Shown here piece by piece: positions 9,101-18,819 of a stretch of DNA of 64,000 nucleotides. Within the stretch, counting starts at the first letter, position 1. Each line of letters opens with the position of its first letter. Position numbers and translations under genes: made by a program. This DNA comes from an uncultured bacterium (GTDB lineage Bacteria > Patescibacteriota > Minisyncoccia > Minisyncoccales > UBA5738), in the NCBI GenBank assembly GCA_903847095.1, contig CAINCQ010000024.1:126618-190617 (forward strand). The letters run 5' to 3'. Under the pieces are notes generated by a model. It had not been told where the DNA came from and did not search any database. It saw only the letters and a program-made list of their open reading frames with translations.

Positions 9101-9724
9101 GCTCCCTTCGTTCCTTTTTTGAGCGAGGATGTTTACCAGAGTCTGAGCGCCAACTTTTACCAAAAACCAAAATCCGTGCATTTGGAACTTTGGCCGGTTT
9201 TTCCCAAGGGATCGATTGACCGCGCTCTAAGTGCCGATATGGAAAAAGTGCGGCAAATTGTGACCAACGCGTTGGCTGATCGGGCTAAGCACGGCGTAAA
9301 GATCCGTCAACCTTTGGCCAAAATCACAATTGCCTTGAAAAAAAAGCTGAGTGAAGAACTGTGTTTTTTGCTCAAAGAAGAGCTGAACGTGAAAGTCGTG
9401 GCTTTTGGCCCGGTAGCTCTTGGGGAAATGGAATTGGACTACGTTCTGACGCCGGAGTTGAAGGAAGAAGGGATGGTGCGCGAGATTTTGCGCCATTTGC
9501 AGGATGCCCGAAAAATTGCCGGTTATACCCCGAGGGATCTGATCAATATTTATCTCGAAACATCCGTTGAGTTGCAGGCGATTGTCGTAAAAAACCAAAA
9601 ACAGATCACATCGGATACCAAAACCAAGAATATTTTTTTCAAAGCCCCTCCCAAAGGAGCGGTTGTCGACAAGTTCAAGATGGAGCTCGGCGAATTATCG
9701 CTGGCGATCAAAAAAACCAAGTGA
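6182..9724 (+). CDS. ileS: Isoleucine--tRNA ligase (IleRS2-type) with an inserted histidine-phosphatase domain
   Basis: EGPPTAN, GWDTHGLPVE, WTTTPWTLP, SRERYWGTP, DQTRGWF, KMSKS; RHG-containing insert at about 7650-8230. Confidence 0.97.
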   Translation: MESNFNQKEKEIIAFWNQNKIFERSVAARARAKDFVFFEGPPTANAKPGFHHVLTRIFKDIICRYKTMEGFRVIRRAGWDTHGLPVELQVEKKLGFTQKKDIEKYGIAEFNKKCKESVWEYKKDFEALTERVGFWVDMSDPYITYDRRYMESVWFLLKTAWDKKLLFQDYKVVPYCPRCGTPLSSHEVAQGYKLVKEPSIFVKFRIINSEYKNCSLLIWTTTPWTLPGNVAVAVNEKFQYVKVRLNSQPDEILILAKERLAVLGSEYEVLAEFPGKDLAGLRYEPIFPFSEEAGQNAYKVIMADFVSLQDGSGLVHIAPAFGEDDMNVIKDQNKVLKQKGEPEFPVIMTVNEDGKFSLDTKQWAGLFVKAADPLIIEDLKKRNLLFKVELYEHDYPFCWRCKTPLIYYAKKSWFIEMSKLRGELIANNKLINWVPAYIKDGRFGEWLKEAKDWAISRERYWGTPLPIWQCLSCGQNTVIGSVGDLLSQKYSTNRYFLFRHGDSERQLKKISSCWPEVKPLSLTAEGKAEVQKRAQKLSKEKIDLIISSDLERTKQTAQMIASETGAKVIYDKRLREFNVGVFNGKDPKTVWDFLNSQEKPLETNVPKGESLNAIRKRVYDLINSVNAKYHDQNIVFVSHEIPLTVLQGTLNGLDLKEIVESRYLKPKAKIATAEWREIEFRKLPFNENMEIDLHRPYVDGVDFACPKCSGTAKKIPDVVDVWFDSGAMPFAQAHWPWLTGSSGAGGPFEDSKAGSKSGKLKPPAHFPADFISEAIDQTRGWFYTLLAISTFLGFGAPYKNVISLGHVLDAKGEKMSKSKGNIVDLWQLTEKYSADAIRWYFYTVNNPGEYKLFAERDIDQAMKKFILTVFNCRVFLETYAPGVKAPKIVIPRHVLDRWIVSRLAQVAGEVKQLLDTYDITTAARKLDDFAVKDLSLWYVRRSRRRLQQPKVAMELRQASQVFAYVLMEFAKIAAPFVPFLSEDVYQSLSANFYQKPKSVHLELWPVFPKGSIDRALSADMEKVRQIVTNALADRAKHGVKIRQPLAKITIALKKKLSEELCFLLKEELNVKVVAFGPVALGEMELDYVLTPELKEEGMVREILRHLQDARKIAGYTPRDLINIYLETSVELQAIVVKNQKQITSDTKTKNIFFKAPPKGAVVDKFKMELGELSLAIKKTK

Positions 9725-9940
9725 TTCGTTAAAAGAAAAGGTTTGATCCCGACAGCGGGTCGTTGTAAGTTAATCCGGCCCGGAGATATGCGGGGTTTTA
9801 GAAAAGCGAACAGAGCTTAGCTTACCGGGTTTAACCTGGACAAGTTTGTTTTTAAAGTTTGCCGGGATGTTATTGGCGGAAAATTAGTGTTAAAATAGTA
9901 ACGAACACGAATATTTATTAGCCGTTTCAGCCAAATTTCA

Positions 9941-10966
9941 ATGCTTTTATTTTTTTGGTCATTGGTTTTTGCCGTATCACTTCTGCTTTTGGTAAAGTCG
10001 GCCGATTTTTTGACCGAGTCTTTGGTAAAATTAGCTTCCGACCTTAAGATACCGGCTTTCATAATGGGATTGACCGTGGTGTCGCTTGGCACTTCGTTGC
10101 CGGAATTATCCGCCAGTATTGCCGCGGTGATGCGCGGCCGGGGGGAATTGGCGGCTTCGCTGGCTATAGGTTCCACGATCGCCGGAATATTACTGGTGGT
10201 GGGGATGAGCGTCATTTCCGCCAGGGTGTTATTGGTAAGGAAAAGACTTATCGATATTGACGCTTCTTTGTTCGCGATCAGCCTCGTTCTTTTTTATTTT
10301 GTGGCGCGCGATGGAGGGATTAACGCGCTTGAAGGCGTTGTTCTTCTCGCGGGATTTCTGGTTTGTGTTTTTTACGTCATTACGGAAAAAAAGGATGACG
10401 ATCTGACTTCCGACACTTTGATAACTCCCGACCTGCTTGATTCAAAGAACGAAGCCAGGCTTGTCGAAATATTACCGTCAAGGTTGGAGAAAAGCCTGGC
10501 TCGCAAACAGGATTCGGATTTTTCTCTGAGATCTTTTTTGCTTTTGGTCTTTGGTTTCGTGGGGCTGGCGATAGGGGCCAAGCTTACCGTTGACTCGCTG
10601 GTGGGCATTTCCGATTTGTTGAATATCGAAGGGACGGTTCTGGCCATGACGATGCTGGCGATCGGCACCGCCTTACCCGAACTCTTTGTGGCCGTGAGCG
10701 CGGTGGCCAGAAAGAACGGTGGTTTGGCGCTTGGAAATGTTTTTGGTTCCAGCATTATCAATCTTTCGTTGGTTTTGGGATTAAGTTCCATGTTCGGGAG
10801 GGTTGATTTGGATACGGTCACTTACACCGTTGGCTTGCCTTTCCTGCTGGCTTCCGCGGCTTTACTGATAGTGTCCGGGATATCAAGAAGGATCCATTAT
10901 TGGGAAGGGATAATGTATCTGCTTGTTTATTTCCTCTTTATCGTCAAAGTATTCGGCCTATTTTAA
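9941..10966 (+). CDS. Calcium/sodium antiporter (YrbG/CaCA family)
   Basis: Two alpha-repeat motifs GTSLPEL and GTALPEL; about 10 TM helices. Confidence 0.9.
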   Translation: MLLFFWSLVFAVSLLLLVKSADFLTESLVKLASDLKIPAFIMGLTVVSLGTSLPELSASIAAVMRGRGELAASLAIGSTIAGILLVVGMSVISARVLLVRKRLIDIDASLFAISLVLFYFVARDGGINALEGVVLLAGFLVCVFYVITEKKDDDLTSDTLITPDLLDSKNEARLVEILPSRLEKSLARKQDSDFSLRSFLLLVFGFVGLAIGAKLTVDSLVGISDLLNIEGTVLAMTMLAIGTALPELFVAVSAVARKNGGLALGNVFGSSIINLSLVLGLSSMFGRVDLDTVTYTVGLPFLLASAALLIVSGISRRIHYWEGIMYLLVYFLFIVKVFGLF

Positions 10967-10989
10967 TTAATCATTACTATTTAGATATT

Positions 10990-11727
10990 ATGTCTCCAAT
11001 CGCAGATAATCGTAACCTTTCGGGGGATAAACCGATCGACTTCAAAAACCTGGAACAGGCCAACCAGCCCGCGCGCCACGAACAAGCGAAAAGCAGTATG
11101 GAGCGCGGCTTAGAGACCGGCGCGAACGTTAACGGTGTGCCGGTTGTTCCGTCGGTTCCGCCAAATACGGAAGTGAGGTCAAGTATCTTTTCGCGCCTGG
11201 AGCGACCAAAAGCCGCGGAACCCGCTGATCCTTTCGACGCGCCGGAGTTTAAAGAGAAGAAAGAGAATAAGGAAGAGAAAAAGGAAATAAGCCGGCCGGA
11301 GGAACGGAGCAGCTCGGAGGAAAAAACAAAAGAACAGATAAAGGCGGCAATGACTAAAACCCCGGCTATCGCCGCGGGATCGGCGCAAAAAAAACAAGCC
11401 GAACCGGTAAAGAAGGTTGAGCTTCCCAAGACGGTTTTTGGGGAAAAGGCGTACGTAAAAAAAGATCTTTTGAAATATTCTTTATGGAAAAGCGACGATT
11501 TGAAGAAAATGACCAAACTTGGCCGGCACGATCGGTCGGAATTGGCGCAGGAATTTTTTCCCAATAGGAACTTTGTTAGAAAGGATGATGTCCAGATGAA
11601 AATTCGCAAGATAGAGAGCGGTAAAGACAAGCCTCCAAAAGCGCTCGGTACGGGCCGGATAGCCAGGACCCGGGCTGCCAATGTTTTACGCGGGATGATC
11701 GGAGAAAAGCAAAAGAGGGTGTTTTAG
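10990..11727 (+). CDS. Hypothetical charged, low-complexity protein
   Basis: Co-oriented ORF filling the gap before recO; E/K/P-rich. Confidence 0.6.
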   Translation: MSPIADNRNLSGDKPIDFKNLEQANQPARHEQAKSSMERGLETGANVNGVPVVPSVPPNTEVRSSIFSRLERPKAAEPADPFDAPEFKEKKENKEEKKEISRPEERSSSEEKTKEQIKAAMTKTPAIAAGSAQKKQAEPVKKVELPKTVFGEKAYVKKDLLKYSLWKSDDLKKMTKLGRHDRSELAQEFFPNRNFVRKDDVQMKIRKIESGKDKPPKALGTGRIARTRAANVLRGMIGEKQKRVF

Positions 11728-11751
11728 GATAGGTTTTTATTAAAAAAAGCA

Positions 11752-12459
11752 ATGTTTGTTAATTATAAGACCAGTGGAATATTCTTAAAGAAAATTGACA
11801 AAGGAGAGGCCAATCAGCTATTTACAATCTATACCAAGGATTTCGGCCGTTTGGAGGTGATGGGTAAGGGGATAAGAAAAATGGCTTCCAAGCTAAGGTC
11901 GCAAACCCGGATTTTAAGCTTTTCCGATATTGAATTCATCCAGGGCAAGGCCGGTAAAACACTCACTGATTCCAGGATCAAGGAAAAATTTGAAAAAATC
12001 AGCCTGGATCTTGATAAAACGGAAACCGCCGAAAAGATCGTTGGTCTGGTGGCGTTGACGGTCAGGGGTCAGGAACGCGATGAAAAATCCTGGCAGTTGC
12101 TCTTGGAAACCCTATATTTTTTAAAAAAAACGGAACTTCGGGAGTCTCACGCGGTCTACCAGTATTTTTTTTGGAATTTTATGGCGGGCCTGGGCTATCG
12201 CCCTCAACTTGATGTATGCTGTTTTTGTTTAAGGAAGCTAGCCAATGAAATTTATTTTGAGCCAGCCGAGGGCGGCATAAGCTGCAAATCCTGCCGTCCA
12301 AAAGGAGAAAGAGATTGCCCGATAGACGCCGGGATCTTAAGGATTTTAAGGGTTTTTGAAAAAAGCGATTTGGAGGCCGCCGCGAGGATCAAATTTTCAC
12401 TCAATCAAAAAAACAAATTGGAAACGATATCGACAAGTTTCCTATCAACAATTCTATGA
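11752..12459 (+). CDS. recO: DNA repair protein RecO
   Basis: GEANQLFTIYTKDFGRL..KGIRKMASKL; LGYRPQLDVCCFC..GGISCKSC zinc motif. Confidence 0.93.
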   Translation: MFVNYKTSGIFLKKIDKGEANQLFTIYTKDFGRLEVMGKGIRKMASKLRSQTRILSFSDIEFIQGKAGKTLTDSRIKEKFEKISLDLDKTETAEKIVGLVALTVRGQERDEKSWQLLLETLYFLKKTELRESHAVYQYFFWNFMAGLGYRPQLDVCCFCLRKLANEIYFEPAEGGISCKSCRPKGERDCPIDAGILRILRVFEKSDLEAAARIKFSLNQKNKLETISTSFLSTIL

Positions 12460-14129
12460 GCAAATTAATCAAAGTCTTGGTCTTTCTTGTTTTGATCCTT
12501 GCTGTGGTGGGATACGTCCTTTTTGAACGGAACAGTTATTCCAAGGAAGGTTTGAAGCTGGAGATCATTGGTCCCCAGGAAATAAATTTAGGCGAGGAGA
12601 CCGAATACATCGTTAAATATAAAAACAACGGTGATTTCCGGCTGGAAAACCCGACCCTCCTTTTTGAGCCGCCCGCCTTTTCCATTAAGGATGACAAGAT
12701 ATATCAAAAAGAGATTTTAACCTCCGATAAGCTTGGCGGGGCGATCTATCCGGGCGAAGAAAAAACTTTTTCTTTCAAGATGAGGTTGGTCGGGAAGGAA
12801 GGGGAGGCAAAGATCGCCAAGGCGACTTTGAATTATCAGCCGAAGAATCTAAAAACCACGTACGAATCCGCGACCAGCTTTACTACCGTGATCAAGTCGG
12901 TTCCTCTTACTTTCGAGTACGACCTTCCTTCCAAACTCGAAGCCGATAAGGACTTTAGTTTTAAATTGAATTATTCCTCCAGTATCCCTTGGTTGCTTAC
13001 GGATTTGCGCGTCCAAGTCGAGTATCCTTCGGGATATGAATTCATCGAATCGACGCCCAAGTCCCTGGATAAAACGGAATGGGACATCCCGGTTTTAAAT
13101 AATAATGAAGCGGGGAGTATTGACGTGGTCGGGCGTATTTCGGGGAATATCGGCGATGCCAAGGTTTTTCGCGCCAAGCTCGGCATTTGGAAGGACGGGG
13201 AATTTACCTTGCTTAAAGAGATCGAAAAGGGTGTGGAAATCCAGAAGCCTTCGGTGTCGATCCGCCAGGATATAAACGGCAATCCGAAGTACGTGGCCAA
13301 ACCGGGGGACTGGCTTCATTACGAAATTTATTTTAAAAACATTTCCGGAGAAGATCAGTATAATTTATACATGATCAACAAACTGGACGGCGATCTCTTT
13401 GATTTCAACGCCATCAAATCCGAGACCGGGAGCTTCGAACAAGGTGATAATTCCATTATTTTCGATTGGCGGAAAAACTCGAAATTGCAATATTTGGCTC
13501 CAATGGACGAAGGGAAGGCGGAATTTTGGATAAAACTGAAAGACGATCTTAGCCAGATCAAAAAACCTTCACTATCGAACAGCGTGATGATCGGTCAGGC
13601 GAGCCAGTATTTCACGACCAAGATCAGTTCCAAACTGGAATTAGTCCAAAAAACCTATTATAGCGACGAGATCTTCGGTAATAGCGGACCCATTCCCCCG
13701 GTTGTCGGCCAAACTACGACTTATACTGTTACCTGGCAGGCCAAGAATTATTATTCGGACGTAAAGAACGCGGTGGCTACGGCCATGATTCCTAAAAACG
13801 TCAAATTTACCGGGCAGGTTTTTCCTGAACAGCAAACCGGAAAATTGATCTATGACGCTGATTCAGGCAAGCTCACTTGGAATATCGGGGACCTTAAAAC
13901 GGGCCAGGGGGTGATAACGGCTCCGGAAAACGTATCTTTCCAGGTATCGATCACGCCTTCAAGCGACGATATCGCCAAAAGCGTCCAGCTGGTGGGTGCG
14001 GCAAGGATTTCCGGGGATGACAATTGGACCGCCATGGTTTTAGAGGCCGAAACGGCGGCTCTTGACACGGTTTCCCTTTCCGACCAGAATATGACCGAAG
14101 ACAAAGGGAAAGTGATAAATTCAAATTAA
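12456..14129 (+). CDS. Membrane-anchored beta-rich (Ig-like/DUF11-like) extracellular protein
   Basis: N-terminal TM helix; repeated YxIxYxN and WxIGDL strands; NSGPIPPVVGQTTTYTVTW; overlaps the recO stop (ATGA). Confidence 0.7.
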   Translation: MSKLIKVLVFLVLILAVVGYVLFERNSYSKEGLKLEIIGPQEINLGEETEYIVKYKNNGDFRLENPTLLFEPPAFSIKDDKIYQKEILTSDKLGGAIYPGEEKTFSFKMRLVGKEGEAKIAKATLNYQPKNLKTTYESATSFTTVIKSVPLTFEYDLPSKLEADKDFSFKLNYSSSIPWLLTDLRVQVEYPSGYEFIESTPKSLDKTEWDIPVLNNNEAGSIDVVGRISGNIGDAKVFRAKLGIWKDGEFTLLKEIEKGVEIQKPSVSIRQDINGNPKYVAKPGDWLHYEIYFKNISGEDQYNLYMINKLDGDLFDFNAIKSETGSFEQGDNSIIFDWRKNSKLQYLAPMDEGKAEFWIKLKDDLSQIKKPSLSNSVMIGQASQYFTTKISSKLELVQKTYYSDEIFGNSGPIPPVVGQTTTYTVTWQAKNYYSDVKNAVATAMIPKNVKFTGQVFPEQQTGKLIYDADSGKLTWNIGDLKTGQGVITAPENVSFQVSITPSSDDIAKSVQLVGAARISGDDNWTAMVLEAETAALDTVSLSDQNMTEDKGKVINSN

Positions 14130-14148
14130 CAAATCCGTTCCCACTCCC

Positions 14149-15567
14149 ATGTTGGACTTAACGCAAAAAATAATTTCTCTTACCAAACAAAAAGGCTTTA
14201 TCTTCCCGTCTTCGGAAATTTATGGCGGCATCCAGGGTTTTTACGACTACGGCCCTTTGGGCGTTCAATTGAAGAATAATATCAAGTCCGCTTGGTGGCG
14301 GGCGATGGTGCAGGAGCGGGATGATATTTTTGGTTTGGACGCCGCGATCATCATGAATCCGACGGCTTGGGTAGCCTCGGGCCACGTATCCAATTTTACC
14401 GATCCGCTAGTGGAGTGTAAGTCTTGCCATAAGCGCTTCCGAGCCGACCATCTGGCCGATAAGGTCAAAGAAAGCAAAGAATTCAAGGAGCGGGGCGTAA
14501 GCGAGGAGGATGCCAAAGATTGGGCCAAGGTCTTGGAGGGAGTTAAATGTTTTGAATGTAAGGGTGAACTTACCGCTCCGCGTCTTTTTAATTTGATGTT
14601 TAAAACCTACGCGGGTCCCGCCGAAGACAGCGCGTCCCAGGTTTATTTGCGTCCCGAAACCGCTCAGGGGATCTTCACCAATTACAAGAACATCCTTGAT
14701 ACCCAGCGGGTTAAGATTCCTTTCGGTATCGCGCAAATCGGCAAGGCTTTCCGCAACGAGATTACGCCGGGTAATTTTATTTTCCGCCAGCGCGAGTTCG
14801 AACAGATGGAGATGGAATATTTTTGCCAGCCCGGCGACGACGAAAAGGTCCACGAAGAATGGATCAAACGCCGGTTTGACTGGTATGTCCAAGCACTTGG
14901 CTTAAAGAAAGATAATTTACGGATCAGGACGCACGAAAAATCGGAACTCGCGCATTATGCCAAGGCTTGCGTGGACGTTGAATATAAATTTCCGTTCGGC
15001 TGGTCCGAAATCGAAGGCATCGCCAATCGGCAAGCCCACGACCTGACCCAGCATCAAAAATTTTCGGGGGTCGATCTTAACTATTTTGACGAAACGACCA
15101 AGGAAAAATATATTCCTTACGTGATCGAGCCGTCCTGCGGGGTGGAGCGTTTGATGTTCGCGGTGATCTGCGACGCGTATCAGGAGATCGAGGGCGGACG
15201 GACGACAACGACCGAGTCAACCAAGGAAGCAGAAGTGGTTTTGAGGTTTTCCAAGGCGATGGCTCCCATTAAAATCGCGGTTCTGCCTTTACTGAAGAAT
15301 AAACCCGATCTGGTCAATAAGGCAAAAGAGGTTTACCAAATGCTGAAACCGGTTTTTATGTGCAAATACGATGAGGCCGGCACCATCGGAAGAAGGTATC
15401 GACGCCAGGATGAGATCGGAACGCCTTATTGTATTACGATAGATTTTGATACGTTAGAAAAAGGAGATGTTACGGTTCGTGACCGCGACACAATGGCGCA
15501 GGTAAGGATACCGGTCTCGGAATTATTGAAATATTGCCAGGAAGGCATAACGACGAATAAAAATTAA
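14149..15567 (+). CDS. glyQS: Glycine--tRNA ligase, alpha2 type
   Basis: YDYGPLG, ASGHV, LRPETAQG, GKAFRNEITPGNFIFRQREFEQME, IGRRYRRQDEIGTP. Confidence 0.98.
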   Translation: MLDLTQKIISLTKQKGFIFPSSEIYGGIQGFYDYGPLGVQLKNNIKSAWWRAMVQERDDIFGLDAAIIMNPTAWVASGHVSNFTDPLVECKSCHKRFRADHLADKVKESKEFKERGVSEEDAKDWAKVLEGVKCFECKGELTAPRLFNLMFKTYAGPAEDSASQVYLRPETAQGIFTNYKNILDTQRVKIPFGIAQIGKAFRNEITPGNFIFRQREFEQMEMEYFCQPGDDEKVHEEWIKRRFDWYVQALGLKKDNLRIRTHEKSELAHYAKACVDVEYKFPFGWSEIEGIANRQAHDLTQHQKFSGVDLNYFDETTKEKYIPYVIEPSCGVERLMFAVICDAYQEIEGGRTTTTESTKEAEVVLRFSKAMAPIKIAVLPLLKNKPDLVNKAKEVYQMLKPVFMCKYDEAGTIGRRYRRQDEIGTPYCITIDFDTLEKGDVTVRDRDTMAQVRIPVSELLKYCQEGITTNKN

Positions 15568-15568
15568 T

Positions 15569-16834
15569 ATGTATAAAAAAGTCACATTAAAAAACGGGTT
15601 GCGGATATTGGTCGTGCCCGCGAAAAGTACCAAGGCCGTTACTGTAATGGCGCTGGTCGGGACCGGATCGAAATACGAAACAAAAGAAATAAGCGGTATT
15701 TCCCATTTTCTGGAACATATGTTTTTCAAGGGGACGAAAAAGAGGCCCGATAAGGTCCAGATCGCCGAAGACTTGGATAAGGTCGGCGGCAACTTCAACG
15801 CTTTTACCGGGACCGATTTTACGGGTTATTGGGCAAAAGTGGCAAGCGATAAATTCGATCTGGCCATGGATTGGGTCTCCGATATCTACCTTAATTCTTT
15901 GTTGCCCGCCGACGAGCTTGATAAGGAGCGGGGAGTGATCATCGAAGAGATCAATATGTATTACGACCATCCGATGCGCTACATCGGCAATCTTTGGCAG
16001 GAATTGCTTTATGGCGATCAACCGGCCGGATGGGATATTGCCGGTACCAAGGACACGGTTTCAAAAATGACCCGGACGCAAATGTTCGATTACCGGGCGC
16101 GCCAGTATGTGGCTTCGAACACGATCGTGGTGGTAGCCGGGAACGTCACTGTTCCCAAGGCCATAGCAATGGCTAAGAAGCAGTTTGCTTCGATCAAAAG
16201 CGATAAGCCGCAAAAAAAAGCGGCGGTAATGGAATCGCAGGACAAGCCAGGATTTTTATTGCAAAAAAGGAAATGCGACCAGACCCAGATCGCGCTGGGT
16301 GTCCGTGGATATAATATTTTCCATCCCAAGCGTTATGCTTTGGAAGTGATGGCAACGATCCTGGGCGGAATGATGAGTTCCCGTTTGTTCATCGAGGTGC
16401 GGGAAAAACTGGGCTTGGCTTATCATATCCACGTTGACAATACGATGGATCCGGAAACCGGCAGTTTTGCCGTAATGGCGGGCTTGGATTCAAAAAGGAT
16501 CGATTTGGGAATAACCACGATTTTAAAGGAATTCAAAAAGATCAAAGAGGTAAGGGTAGCGGCCGAAGAGTTAAAAAGGGCCAAGGATAATATGATCGGA
16601 AGGACGATTTTGGCCCTGGAATCTTCAGATGCTTTAGCTTCATTTTACGCCGAACAGGAATTGATGGAGGGAAAGATCGAAACACCGGAAAAGATCTTTA
16701 ACCGGATCAGGAAAGTAACCGCCAAGGATATCCAGGAAGTGGCCCAGGACCTGTTCCGCCCCGAAATTTTGAATCTGGCCATGATCGGGTCTTTCGACGA
16801 TGAAAAAAGGTTTAAAGATATGCTCGAAGTCTAA
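15569..16834 (+). CDS. M16 family zinc peptidase (pitrilysin-like)
   Basis: HFLEH inverted zincin motif, NAFT, SSRLFIEVREKLGLAY. Confidence 0.95.
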   Translation: MYKKVTLKNGLRILVVPAKSTKAVTVMALVGTGSKYETKEISGISHFLEHMFFKGTKKRPDKVQIAEDLDKVGGNFNAFTGTDFTGYWAKVASDKFDLAMDWVSDIYLNSLLPADELDKERGVIIEEINMYYDHPMRYIGNLWQELLYGDQPAGWDIAGTKDTVSKMTRTQMFDYRARQYVASNTIVVVAGNVTVPKAIAMAKKQFASIKSDKPQKKAAVMESQDKPGFLLQKRKCDQTQIALGVRGYNIFHPKRYALEVMATILGGMMSSRLFIEVREKLGLAYHIHVDNTMDPETGSFAVMAGLDSKRIDLGITTILKEFKKIKEVRVAAEELKRAKDNMIGRTILALESSDALASFYAEQELMEGKIETPEKIFNRIRKVTAKDIQEVAQDLFRPEILNLAMIGSFDDEKRFKDMLEV

Positions 16835-16883
16835 AAGAGAAATCAGCTAACCGCCAGGAACGATCTTAAGATATCATAGTCAT

Positions 16884-17915
16884 ATGCTGCCGAATATTTT
16901 TTCAAAACAAGAAGCCGGCAAACTCGATATTTCTTGGACGGCTATATCGAAGCTAGTGGTTGTTTTTTTTGCCGCTTACATCATTTGGATCGTCAAGGAT
17001 ATTTTGATCCTGTTTTTGTTCGGATTGGTTATTTCGGTGCTGGTAAGCCCGGTCATCGACTTTTTGCAGCGGTTGCGCGTTGCCAGGACGTTAGCGGTTT
17101 TTTTGGTCTACTTTGCGATCTTGGTGATGCTTGGCCTGTTTGTTTATCTTATCGTTCCGGTTTTCGTTGTGGAGATAAAACAGTTTTCGATCCTTTTCCC
17201 GGTCTATTTCGAAAAAATATCGCCGTTTTTCGCGGGATTGGGTTTTGAAGTTTTTGAAAACATGCAAGCGTTCACGGAAGCCGTGCGCATGTGGTTCGTG
17301 GGTTCAACGTCCAGCATAGTCAGTTCCATAGCCGGGATCTTCGGAAAGCTGTTTTTGGCAATAACGGTTTTTACGATCGCGACTTTCTTTTCACTGGAGG
17401 AGCGCGGGGTCGAGAAACTGGTTAATTTGGCTTCTCCGAAAAGACACGAGGAATTCCTTTTGGAAGTTTGGAGACGAACCAAGGTCAAAATTTCGGGATG
17501 GTTCGCGGCTAAATTCATAATGATGGCGCTGGTCGGGGTATCGACAAGCGTCGCGTGTTTTGCTTTCGGCATCAAATATCCGATAATTTTCGGTTTCATC
17601 GGCGGGGTTTTGGACATCATTCCTTTTATCGGTCCTGTTTTCGCCGGGTTCATGATCGGGCTTTTTACCCTTACTTATTCTTGGCAAAAGGCCGCGCTCA
17701 TCGTTTTGGTTTTTACCTTGATCCAGCAAATCGAAAGCAATATTCTGACGCCCATTTTGGCCAAAAAATTTACCGAACTACCTCCGATCCTGGTTTTAGC
17801 CTCGATATTGGTTGGAGAAAGGCTTATGGGTCTCGCGGGCGCCATCCTGGCAATTCCGCTTTTTGGAATATTTTTCGATCTAACCCGTTATTTTCTGGAA
17901 AAAAATAAAAACTGA
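16884..17915 (+). CDS. AI-2E family transporter
   Basis: IPFIGP and QQIESNILTP motifs; multiple TM helices. Confidence 0.9.
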   Translation: MLPNIFSKQEAGKLDISWTAISKLVVVFFAAYIIWIVKDILILFLFGLVISVLVSPVIDFLQRLRVARTLAVFLVYFAILVMLGLFVYLIVPVFVVEIKQFSILFPVYFEKISPFFAGLGFEVFENMQAFTEAVRMWFVGSTSSIVSSIAGIFGKLFLAITVFTIATFFSLEERGVEKLVNLASPKRHEEFLLEVWRRTKVKISGWFAAKFIMMALVGVSTSVACFAFGIKYPIIFGFIGGVLDIIPFIGPVFAGFMIGLFTLTYSWQKAALIVLVFTLIQQIESNILTPILAKKFTELPPILVLASILVGERLMGLAGAILAIPLFGIFFDLTRYFLEKNKN

Positions 17916-17921
17916 TTCTTT

Positions 17922-18620
17922 ATGATTCCGGGTAATTTATATATCATCGCAACTCCGATCGGGAATTTGGGCGACATAACATTTCGGGCGATTGAGACGC
18001 TGAAAAGCGTTGATTTGGTTTTATGCGAAGATACGCGCGTAGCCAAACGATTGCTCGATCATTTTAAAATCGAAAGAACCACCGAAAGCTATCACCAGCA
18101 TTCATCGCTTAAAAAAACCGGCCACATTGCCGATCTCCTGCGGGAGGGGAAAAACCTGGCTTTAGTTTCGGATGCCGGAACGCCCGGGATATCCGATCCG
18201 GGCAATAAACTTATCGAGAGCTTGATTTCGATATTCGGCAATGATCTTAAGGTCGTGCCCGTACCCGGTCCTTCGGCGGTTGCCGCAGCTTTGAGTATCT
18301 GCGGTTTTCCAAGTGACCGGTTTGTTTTTGTGGGTTTTCCGCCGGCCAAGAACAAAAGGAAGAAATTTTTTGAAGGGGCCATGGGCTATTCTTTTACGAC
18401 CGTTTTTTACGAATCGACCCATCGGATAATCAGGACTCTTGAGGAGATAGGTTCTTTTGAGCCCGATAAGTTAAGGCGTGTTGTGGTGTGCCGCGAGCTT
18501 ACCAAGCAGTTCGAAACGATTTACCGGGGGACGGTAGCGGAGGCGGCTAACATTTTAAAAAAAGGGATCATTAAAGGGGAATTTGTTTTTGTGATCGAGG
18601 GTCGTTTGACGGGGAATTAA
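17922..18620 (+). CDS. rsmI: 16S rRNA (cytidine1402-2'-O)-methyltransferase
   Basis: ATPIGNLGDITFRA, CEDTR, SDAGTPGISDPG, RELTKQFE. Confidence 0.97.
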   Translation: MIPGNLYIIATPIGNLGDITFRAIETLKSVDLVLCEDTRVAKRLLDHFKIERTTESYHQHSSLKKTGHIADLLREGKNLALVSDAGTPGISDPGNKLIESLISIFGNDLKVVPVPGPSAVAAALSICGFPSDRFVFVGFPPAKNKRKKFFEGAMGYSFTTVFYESTHRIIRTLEEIGSFEPDKLRRVVVCRELTKQFETIYRGTVAEAANILKKGIIKGEFVFVIEGRLTGN

Positions 18621-18765
18621 GGATGGGGTATTAAATAAGAGAGCATGAAATACGCGGTAAACAATATTAATCAAATTATTATCGACCTTCTTCTTGAGGG
18701 ATGTTTTTTCGAATAACAAAGCACCGAACATATCGAAGACACACCCCTCCAAAAGAGGGTTTTTT
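18606..18765 (+). promoter_or_regulatory. Promoter plus ribosome-mediated attenuator with Ile/Leu leader peptide
   Basis: TTGACG-17nt-TATTAA; leader ORF 18645-18716 MKYAVNNINQIIIDLLLEGCFFE*; antiterminator 18696-18712 with 18733-18749; terminator CCCTC-CAAAA-GAGGG-T6 at 18745-18765. Confidence 0.85.
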
Positions 18766-18819
18766 GTTCTTTAGAGGAGTAAAGCTCGTTCACAATTAAA
18801 TATAATGAGGAGGATTGTT

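Noticed and set aside
10977-11681. 234-aa minus-strand ORF
   Set aside because: Antisense shadow of the plus-strand gene that fits the operon; its Ser/Phe-rich composition mirrors the E/K codons
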